Below are positions 1 through 11,100 of a DNA stretch of 64,000 nt, in pieces. The translations under genes and the position numbers were made by a program. How positions within the stretch are numbered: position 1 is the stretch's first letter; the number at the start of each line of letters is the position of its first letter. The stretch is from Eledone cirrhosa. Lineage: Eukaryota. The stretch spans positions 176,948,001 to 177,012,000 of the forward strand of contig OZ024743.1 of NCBI GenBank assembly GCA_964016885.1. Direction: 5' to 3'. A model generated the notes under the pieces. It was not told the DNA's origin. It saw nothing but the letters and a program-made list of their open reading frames with translations, and searched no databases.

Positions 1-721
1 CAGCTGAGATATACCACCTAGACTGGGGTGTAGAGTCTGTCACTCCCTACCAGTGCTGAGATATACCACCTAGACTGGGGTGTTGAGTCTGTCACTCCCT
101 ACCACAGCTGAGATATACCACCTAGACTGGGGTGTTGAGTCTGTCACTCTCTACCACAGCTGAGATATACCACCTAGACAGGGGTGTAGAGTCTGTCACT
201 CCCTACCACAACTGAGATATACCACTTAGACTGGAGTGTTGAGTCTGTCACTTACAGCTGAGATATACCACCTAGACTGGGCTGTAGAGTCTGTCACTTC
301 CTACCACAGCTGAGACATACCACCTAGACTGGGGTGTTGAGTCTGTCACTTTCTACCACAGCTGAGATATACCACCTAGACTGGGGTGTTTAGTCTGTCA
401 CTCTCTACAACAGCTGAGATATACCACTTAGACTGGGGTGGAGAGTCTGTCACTCTCTACCACAGCTGAGATATACCACCTGGACTGGGGTGTAGAGTCT
501 GTCACTCTCTACCACAGCTGAGATATACCACCTAGACTGGGCTGTAGAGTCTGTCACTCCCTACCACAGCTGAGATATACCACCTAGATGGGGTGTTGAG
601 TCTGTCACTCCCTACCACAGCTGAGATATACCACCTAGACTGGGGTGTAGAGTCTGTCACTCCCTGCCACAGCTGAGATATACCACCTAGACTGGGGTGT
701 TGAGTCTATCACTTTCTACCA

Positions 722-3700
722 CAGCTGAGATATACCACCTGGACTGGGGTGTAGAGTCTGTCACTCCCTACCACAGCTGAGATATACCACCCAGACTGGG
801 CTGTAGAGTCTGTCACTCCCTACCACAGCTGAGATATACCACCTAGATGGGGTGTTGAGTCTGTCACTCCCTACCACAGCTGAGATATACCACCTAGACT
901 GGGGTGTAGAGTCTGTCACTCACTACCACAGCTGAGATAGACCAACTAGACTGGGGTGTTGAGTCTGTCACTTTCTACCACAGCTGAGATATACCACCTA
1001 GACTGGGGTGTAGAGTCTGTCACTCTCTACCACAGCTGAGATATACCACCTAGACTGGGGTGTTTAGTCTGTCACTCTCTACCACAGCTGAGATATACCA
1101 CCTAGACTGGGGTGGAGAGTCTGTTACTCTCTACCACAGCTGAGATATACCACCTAGACTGGGGTGTTGAGTCTGTCACTCCCTACCAGAGCTGAGATAT
1201 ACCACCTAGACTGGGGTGTTGAGTTTGTCACTCCCTACTTCAGCTGAGATATACCACCTAGACTGGGGTGTTGAGTCTGTCACTCCCTACCACACCTGAG
1301 ATATACCACCTAGACTGGGGTGTTGAGTCTGTCACTCCCTACCACAGCTGAGATATACCACCTGGACTGGGGTGTTGAGTCTGTCACTCTCTACCACAGC
1401 TGAGATATACCACCTAGACAGGGGTGTAGAGTTTGTCACTCTCTACCACAACTGAGATATACCACTTAGACTTTGGTGTTGAGTCTGTCACTTACAGCTG
1501 AGATATACCACCTTGACTGGGGTGTTGAATCTGTCACTCCCTACCACAGCTGAGATATACCACCTAGACTGGGATGTAGAGTCTGTCACTCCCTACCACA
1601 ACTGAGATATACCACCTAGACTGGGGTGTTGAGTCTGTCACTCTCTACCACAGCTGAGATATACCACCTAGACTGGGGTGTTGAGTCTGTCACTCTCTAC
1701 CTCAGCTGAGATATGCCACCTGGACTGGGGTGTAGAGTCTGTCACTCCCTACCACAGCTGAGATATACCACCTAGACTGGGCTGTAGAGTCTGTCACTCC
1801 CTACCACAGCTGAGATATACCACCTAGATGGGGTGTTGAGTCTGTCACTCCCTACCACAGCTGAGATATACCACCTAGACTGGGGTGTTGAGTCTGTACC
1901 TTTCTACCACAGCTGAGATATACCACCTAGACTGGGGTGTAGAGTCTGTCACTCACTACCACAGCTGAGATATACCACCTAGACTGGGGTGTTGAGTCAG
2001 TCACTCTCTACCACAGCTGAGATATACCACCTGGACTGGGGTGTAGAGTCTGTCACTCCCTACCACAGCTGAGATATACCACCTAGACTGGGCTGTAGAG
2101 TCTGTCACTCCCTACCACAGCTGAGATATACCACCTAGATGGGGTGTTGAGTCTGTCACTCCCTACCACAGCTGAGATATACCACCTAGACTGGGGTGTT
2201 GAGTCTGTACCTTTCTACCACAGCTGAGATATACCACCTAGACTGGGGTGTAGAGTCTGTCACTCACTACCACAGCTGAGATATACCAACTAGACTGGGG
2301 TGTTGAGTCTGTCACTTTCTACCACAGTTGAGATATACCACCTAGACTGGGGTGTAGAGTCTGTCACTCTCTACCACAGCTGAGATATACCACCTAGACT
2401 GGGGTGTTGAGTTTGTCACTCCTTACCACAGCTGAGATATACCTCCTAGACTGGGGTGTAGAGTCTGTCACTCTCTACCACAGCTGAGATATACCACCTA
2501 GACTGGGGTGTTGAGTCTGTCACTCCCTACCACAGCTGAGATATACCACCTAAACTGGGGTGTTGAGTCTGTCACTTTCTACCACAGCTGAGATATACCA
2601 CCTAGACTGGGGTGTTGAATCTGTCACTCCCTACCACAGCTGAGATATACCACCTAGACTGGGGTGTAGAGTCTGTCACTCTCTACCACAGCTGAGATAT
2701 ACCACCTAGATGGGGTGTTGAGTCTGTCACTCCCTACCACAGCTGAGATATACCACCTAGACTGGGGTGTTGAGTCTGTACCTTTCTACCACAGCTGAGA
2801 TATACCACCTAGACTGGGGTGTAGAGTCTGTCACTCACTACCACAGCTGAGATATACCACCTAGACTGGGGTGTTGAGTCAGTCACTCTCTACCACAGCT
2901 GAGATATACCACCTGGACTGGGGTGTAGAGTCTGTCACTCCCTACCACAGCTGAGATATACCACCTAGACTGGGCTGTAGAGTCTGTCACTCCCTACCAC
3001 AGCTGAGATATACCACCTAGATGGGGTGTTGAGTCTGTCACTCCCTACCACAGCTGAGATATACCACCTAGACTGGGGTGTTGAGTCTGTACCTTTCTAC
3101 CACAGCTGAGATATACCACCTAGACTGGGGTGTAGAGTCTGTCACTCACTACCACAGCTGAGATATACCAACTAGACTGGGGGGGTTGAGTCTGTCACTT
3201 TCTACCACAGCTGAGATATACCACCTAGACTGGGGTGTAGAGTCTGTCACTCTCTACCACAGCTGAGATATACCACCTAGACTGGGGTGTTGAGTTTGTC
3301 ATTCCTTACCACAGCTGAGATATACCACCTAGACTGGGGTGTAGAGTCTGTCACTCTCTACCACAGCTGAGATATACCACCTAGACTGGGGTGTAGAGTC
3401 TGTTACTCTCTACCACAGCTGAGATATACCACCTAGACTGGGGTGTTGAGTCTGTCACTCCCTACCAGAGCTGAGATATACCACCTAGACTGGGGTGTTG
3501 AGTTTGTCACTCCCTACTTCAGCTGAGATATACCACCTAGACTGGGGTGTTGAGTCTGTCACTCCCTACCACACCTGAGATATACCACCTAGACTGGGGT
3601 GTTGAGTCTGTCACTCCCTACCACAGCTGAGATATACCACCTGGACTGGGGTGTTGAGTCTGTCACTCCCTACCACAGCTGAGATATACCACCTAGACTG

Positions 3701-6700
3701 GGGTGTAGAGTCTGTCACTCTCTACCACAGCTGAGATATACCACCTAGATGGGGTGTTGAGTCTGTCACTTACAGCTGAGATATACCACCTTGACTGGGG
3801 TGTTGAATCTGTCACTCCCTACCACAGCTGAGATATACCACCTAGACTGGGATGTAGAGTCTGTCACTCCCTACCACAACTGAGATATACCACCTAGACT
3901 GGGGTGTTGAGTCTGTCACTCTCTACCACAGCTGAGATATACCACCTAGACTGGGGTGTAGAGTCTGTCACTCCCTACCAGTGCTGAGATATACCACCTA
4001 GACTGGGGTGTTGAGTCTGTCACTCCCTACCACAGCTGAGATATACCACCTAGACTGGGGTGTTGAGTCTGTCACTCTCTACCACAGCTGAGATATACCA
4101 CCTAGACAGGGGTGTAGAGTCTGTCACTCCCTACCACAACTGAGATATACCACTTAGACTGGGGTGTTGAGTCTGTCACTTACAGCTGAGATATACCACC
4201 TAGACTGGGGTGTAGAGTCTTTCGCTCCCTACCACAGATGAGATATACCACCTAGACTGGGGTGTTGAGTCTGTCACTCCCTACCACAGCTGAGATATAC
4301 CACCTAGACTGGGATGTAGAGTCTGTCACTCCCTACCACAACTGAGATATACCACCTAGACTGGGGTGTTGAGTCTGTCACTCTCTACCACAGCTGAGAT
4401 ATACCACCTAGACTGGGGTGTTGAGTCTGTCACTCTCTACCACAGCTGAGATATACCACCTGGACTGGGGTGTAGAGTCTGTCACTCCCTACCACAGCTG
4501 AGATATACCACCTAGACTGGGCTGTAGAGTCTGTCACTCCCTACCACAGCTGAGATATACCACCTAGATGGGGTGTTGAGTCTGTCACTCCCTACCACAG
4601 CTGAGATATACCACCTAGACTGGGGTGTAGAGTCTGTCACTCACTACCACAGCTGAGATAGACCAACTAGACTGGGGTGTTGAGTCTGTCACTTTCTACC
4701 ACAGCTGAGATATACCACCTAGACTGGGGTGTAGAGTCTGTCACTCTCTACCACAGCTGAGATATACCACCTAGACTGGGGTGTTTAGTCTGTCACTCTC
4801 TACCACAGCTGAGATATACAACCTAGACTGGGGTGGAGAGTCTGTTACTCTCTACCACAGCTGAGATATACCACCTAGAATGGGGTGTTGAGTCTGTCAC
4901 TCCCTACCAGAGCTGAGATATACCACCTAGACTGGGGTGTTGAGTTTGTCACTCCCTACTTCAGCTGAGATATACCACCTAGACTGGGGTGTTGAGTCTG
5001 TCACTCCCTACCACACCTGAGATATACCACCTAGACTGGGGTGTTGAGTCTGTCACTCCCTACCACAGCTGAGATATACCACCTGGACTGGGGTGTTGAG
5101 TCTGTCACTCTCTACCACAGCTGAGATATACCACCTAGACAGGGGTGTAGAGTTTGTAACTCCCTACCACAACTGAGATATACCACTTAGACTTTGGTGT
5201 TGAGTCTGTCACTTACAGCTGAGATATACCACCTTGACTGGGGTGTTGAATCTGTCACTCCCTACCACAGCTGAGATATACCACCTAGACTGGGATGTAG
5301 AGTCTGTCACTCCCTACCACAACTGAGATATACCACCTAGACTGGGGTGTTGAGTCTGTCACTCTCTACCACAGCTGAGATATACCACCTAGACTGGGGT
5401 GTTGAGTCTGTCACTCTCTACCTCAGCTGAGATATGCCACCTGGACTGGGGTGTAGAGTCTGTCACTCCCTACCACAGCTGAGATATACCACCTAGACTG
5501 GGCTGTAGAGTCTGTCACTCCCTACCACAGCTGAGATATAACACCTAGATGGGGTGTTGAGTCTGTCACTCCCTACCACAGCTGAGATATACCACCTAGA
5601 CTGGGGTGTTGAGTCTGTACCTTTCTACCACAGCTGAGATATACCACCTAGACTGGGGTGTAGAGTCTGTCACTCACTACCACAGCTGAGATATACCACC
5701 TAGACTGGGGTGTTGAGTCAGTCACTCTCTACCACAGCTGAGATATACCACCTGGACTGGGGTGTAGAGTCTGTCACTCCCTACCACAGCTGAGATATAC
5801 CACCTAGACTGGGCTGTAGAGTCTGTCACTCCCTACCACAGCTGAGATATACCACCTAGATGGGGTGTTGAGTCTGTCACTCCCTACCACAGCTGAGATA
5901 TACCACCTAGACTGGGGTGTTGAGTCTGTACCTTTCTACCACAGCTGAGATATACCACCTAGACTGGGGTGTACAGTCTGTCACTCACTACCACAGCTGA
6001 GATATACCAACTAGACTGGGGTGTTGAGTCTGTCACTTTCTACCACAGCTGAGATATACCACCTAGACTGGGGTGTAGAGTCTGTCACTCTCTACCACAG
6101 CTGAGATATACCACCTAGACTGGGGTGTTGAGTTTGTCACTCCTTACCACAGCTGAGATATACCTCCTAGACTGGGGTGTAGAGTCTGTCACTCTCTACC
6201 ACAGCTGAGATATACCACCTAGACTGGGGTGTTGAGTCTGTCACTCCCTACCACAGCTGAGATATACCACCTAAACTGGGGTGTTGAGTCTGTCACTTTC
6301 TACCACAGCTGAGATATACCACCTAGACTGGGGTGTTGAATCTGTCACTCCCTACCACAGCTGAGATATACCACCTAGACTGGGGTGTAGAGTCTGTCAC
6401 TCTCTGCCACAGCTGAGATATACCACCTAGATGGGGTGTTGAGTCTGTCACTCCCTACCACAGCTGAGATATACCACCTAGACTGGGGTGTTGAGTCTGT
6501 ACCTTTCTACCACAGCTGAGATATACCACCTAGACTGGGGTGTAGAGTCTGTCACTCACTACCACAGCTGAGATATACCACCTAGACTGGGGTGTTGAGT
6601 CAGTCACTCTCTACCACAGCTGAGATATACCACCTGGACTGGGGTGTAGAGTCTGTCACTCCCTACCACAGCTGAGATATACCACCTAGACTGGGCTGTA

Positions 6701-8162
6701 GAGTCTGTCACTCCCTACCACAGCTGAGATATACCACCTAGATGGGGTGTTGAGTCTGTCACTCCCTACCACAGCTGAGATATACCACCTAGACTGGGGT
6801 GTTGAGTCTGTACCTTTCTACCACAGCTGAGATATACCACCTAGACTGGGGTGTAGAGTATGTCACTCACTACCACAGCTGAGATATACCAACTAGACTG
6901 GGGGGTTGAGTCTGTCACTTTCTACCACAGCTGAGATATACCACCTAGACTGGGGTGTAGAGTCTGTCACTCTCTACCACAGCTGAGATATACCACCTAG
7001 ACTGGGGTGTTGAGTTTGTCACTCCTTACCACAGCTGAGATATACCACCTAGACTGGGGTGTAGAGTCTGTCACTCTCTACCACAGCTGAGATATACCAC
7101 CTAGACTGGGGTGTAGAGTCTGTTACTCTCTACCACAGCTGAGATATACCACCTAGACTGGGGTGTTGAGTCTGTCACTCCCTACCAGAGCTGAGATATA
7201 CCACCTAGACTGGGGTGTTGAGTTTGTCACTCCCTACTTCAGCTGAGATATACCACCTAGACTGGGGTGTTGAGTCTGTCACTCCCTACCACACCTGAGA
7301 TATACCACCTAGACTGGGGTGTTGAGTCTGTCACTCCCTACCACAGCTGAGATATACCACCTGGACTGGGGTGTTGAGTCTGTCACTCCCTACCACAGCT
7401 GAGATATACCACCTAGACTGGGGTGTAGAGTCTGTCACTCTCTACCACAGCTGAGATATACCACCTAGATGGGGTGTTGAGTCTGTCACTTACAGCTGAG
7501 ATATACCACCTTGACTGGGGTGTTGAATCTGTCACTCCCTACCACAGCTGAGATATACCACCTAGACTGGGATGTAGAGTCTGTCACTCCCTACCACAAC
7601 TGAGATATACCACCTAGACTGGGGTGTTGAGTCTGTCACTCTCTACCACAGCTGAGATATACCACCTAGACTGGGGTGTAGAGTCTGTCACTCCCTACCA
7701 GTGCTGAGATATACCACCTAGACTGGGGTGTTGAGTCTGTCACTCCCTACCACAGCTGAGATATACCACCTAGACTGGGGTGTTGAGTCTGTCACTCTCT
7801 ACCACAGCTGAGATATACCACCTAGACAGGGGTGTAGAGTCTGTCACTCCCTACCACAACTGAGATATACCACTTAGACTGGGGTGTTGAGTCTGTCACT
7901 TACAGCTGAGATATACCACCTAGACTGGGGTGTAGAGTCTTTCGCTCCCTACCACAGATGAGATATACCACCTAGACTGGGGTGTTGAGTCTGTCACTCC
8001 CTACCACAGCTGAGATATACCACCTAGACTGGGATGTAGAGTCTGTCACTCCCTACCACAACTGAGATATACCACCTAGACTGGGGTGTTGAGTCTGTCA
8101 CTCTCTACCACAGCTGAGATATACCACCTAGACTGGGGTGTTGAGTCTGTCACTCTCTACCA
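722..8162. repeat. Higher-order repeat: two tandem copies of a 72-monomer, 3,721/3,720-bp unit (partial third copy to ~8,490)
   Basis: The private variant GATAGACC occurs at 936 and 4657 (offset 3,721). Lines 3181-4620 recur at 6901-8340 (offset 3,720 after a G7/G6 difference). The arithmetic fits: 72x52 minus three 6-bp deletions, minus six 1-bp deletions, plus one G = 3,721. The copies differ at several single bases. Confidence 0.85.
1703..3160. repeat. Small nested duplications of 6 monomers (311 bp) and 17 monomers (882 bp)
   Basis: The GTACCTTTC variant lies at 1896, 2207, 2778 and 3089 (offsets 311 and 882), each time with the same neighbouring variant order (51-mer, GTACC, CACTCAC). 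The same nested pattern recurs near 5.4-6.9, 14.4-15.9, 32.1-33.5 and 39.0-40.5 kb. Confidence 0.85.
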
Positions 8163-11100
8163 CAGCTGAGATATACCACCTGGACTGGGGTGTAGAGTCT
8201 GTCACTCCCTACCACAGCTGAGATATACCACCTAGACTGGGCTGTAGAGTCTGTCACTCCCTACCACAGCTGAGATATACCACCTAGATGGGGTGTTGAG
8301 TCTGTCACTCCCTACCACAGCTGAGATATACCACCTAGACTGGGGTGTAGAGTCTGTCACTCACTACCACAGCTGAGATATACCAACTAGACTGGGGTGT
8401 TGAGTCTGTCACTTTCTACCACAGCTGAGATATACCACCTAGACTGGGGTGTAGAGTCTGTCACTCTCTACCACAGCTGAGATATACCACCTAGACTGGG
8501 GTATTGAGTTTGTCACTCCTTACCACAGCTGAGATATACCACCTAGACTGGGGTGTAGAGTCTGTCACTCTCTACCACAGCTGAGATATACCACCTAGAC
8601 TGGGGTGTTGAGTCTGTCACTCCCTACCACAGCTGAGATATACCACCTAAACTGGGGTGTTGAGTCTGTCACTTTCTACCACAGCTGAGATATACCACCT
8701 AGACTGGGGTGTTGAATCTGTCACTCCCTACCACAGCTGAGATATACCACCTAGACTGGGGTGTAGAGTCTGTCACTCTCTACCACAGCTGAGATATACC
8801 ACCTAGACTGGGGTGTTTAGTCTGTCACTCTCTACCACAGCTGAGATATACCACCCAGACTGGGGTGTAGAGTCTGTTACTCTCTACCACAGCTGAGATA
8901 TACCACCTAGACTGGGGTTTTGAGTCTGTCACTCCCTACCAGAGCTGAGATATACCACCTAGACTGGGGTGTTGAGTTTGTCACTCCCTACTTCAGCTGA
9001 GATATACCACCTAGACTGGGGTGTTGAGTCTGTCACTCCCTACCACACCTGAGATATACCACCTAGACTGGGGTGTTGAGTCTGTCACTCCCTACCACAG
9101 CTGAGATATACCACCTGGACTGGGGTGTTGAGTCTGTCACTCTCTACCACAGCTGAGATATACCACCTAGACAGGGGTGTAGAGTCTGTCACTCCCTACC
9201 ACAACTGAGATATACCACTTAGACTTTGGTGTTGAGTCTGTCACTTACAGCTGAGATATACCACCCTGACTGGGGTGTTGAATCTGTCACTCCCTACCAC
9301 AGCTGAGATATACCACCTAGACTGGGGTGTAGAGTCTTTCGCTCCCTACCACAGATGAGATATACCACCTAGACTGGGGTGTTGAGTCTGTCACTCCCTA
9401 CCACAGCTGAGATATACCACCTAGACTGGGATGTAGAGTCTGTCACTCCCTACCACAACTGAGATATACCACCTAGACTGGGGTGTTGAGTCTGTCACTC
9501 TCTACCACAGCTGAGATATACCACCTAGACTGGGCTGTAGAGTCTGTCACTCCCTACCACAGCTGAGATATACCACCTAGATGGGGTGTTGAGTCTGTCA
9601 CTCCCTACCACAGCTGAGATATACCACCTGGACTGGGGTGTTGAGTCTGTCACTCTCTACCACAGCTGAGATATACCACCTAGACAGGGGTGTAGAGTCT
9701 GTCACTCCCTACCACAACTGAGATATACCACTTAGACTTTGGTGTTGAGTCTGTCACTTACAGCTTAGATATACCACCTTGACTGGGGTGTTGAATCTGT
9801 CACTCCCTACCACAGCTGAGATATACCACCTAGACTGGGATGTAGAGTCTGTCACTCCCTACCACAACTGAGATATACCACCTAGACTGGGGTGTTGAGT
9901 CTGTCACTCTCTACCACAGCTGAGATATACCACCTAGACTGGGGTGTAGAGTCTGTCACTCCCTACCAGTGCTGAGATATACCACCTAGACTGGGGTGTT
10001 GAGTCTGTCACCTACAGCTGAGATATACCACCTAGACTGGGGTGTAGAGTCTTTCGCTCCCTACCACAGATGAGATATACCACCTAGACTGGGGTGTTGA
10101 GTCTGTCACTCCCTACCACAGCTGAGATATACCACCTAGACTGGGATGTAGAGTCTGTCACTCCCTACCACAACTGAGATATACCACCTAGACTGGGGTG
10201 TTGAGTCTGTCACTCTCTACCACAGCTGAGATATACCACCTGGACTGGGGTGTAGAGTCTGTCACTCCCTACCACAGCTGAGATATACCACCTAGACTGG
10301 GCTGTAGAGTCTGTCACTCCCTACCACAGCTGAGATATACCACCTAGATGGGGTGTTGAGTCTGTCACTCCCTACCACAGCTGAGATATACCACCTAGAC
10401 TGGGGTGTAGAGTCTGTCACTCACTACCACAGCTGAGATATACCAACTAGACTGGGGTGTTGAGTCTGTCACTTTCTACCACAGCTGAGATATACCACCT
10501 AGACTGGGGTGTAGAGTCTGTCACTCTCTACCACAGCTGAGATATACCACCTAGACTGGGGTGTTGAGTTTGTCACTCCTTACCACAGCTGAGATATACC
10601 ACCTAGACTGGGGTGTAGAGTCTGTCACTCTCTACCACAGCTGAGATATACCACCTAGACTGGGGTGTTGAGTCTGTCACTCCCTACCACAGCTGAGATA
10701 TACCACCTAAACTGGGGTGTTGAGTCTGTCACTTTCTACCACAGCTGAGATATACCACCTAGACTGGGGTGTTGAGTCTGTCACTCTCTACCACAGCTGA
10801 GATATACCACCTGGACTGGGGTGTAGAGTCTGTCACTCCCTACCACAGCTGAGATATACCACCTAGACTGGGCTGTAGAGTCTGTCACTCCCTACCACAG
10901 CTGAGATATACCACCTAGATGGGGTGTTGAGTCTGTCACTCCCTACCACAGCTGAGATATACCACCTAGACTGGGGTGTAGAGTCTGTCACTCACTACCA
11001 CAGCTGAGATATACCAACTAGACTGGGGTGTTGAGTCTGTCACTTTCTACCACAGCTGAGATATACCACCTAGACTGGGGTGTAGAGTCTGTCACTCTCT

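Noticed and set aside
13-22. Chi or Jeffreys minisatellite core (AGGTGG on the minus strand)
   Set aside because: Only a 5-6 bp partial match to GCTGGTGG or GGAGGTGGGCAGG, which is expected by chance.
25-30. G-quadruplex array from the GGGG runs
   Set aside because: There is only one G4 run per 52 bp (48-nt loops) on the plus strand and at most one GGG per monomer on the minus strand, which is not a canonical quadruplex motif.
1-52. Hammerhead ribozyme as in newt, schistosome or cricket satellites (CTGAGA resembles CUGANGA)
   Set aside because: CTGAGAT does not fit CUGANGA, and there is no GAAA core on either strand of the consensus.
4220-4240. CENP-B box in the TTTCGCTCCC variant
   Set aside because: Only TTCG matches. 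The required A and CGGG of NTTCGNNNNANNCGGGN are absent.
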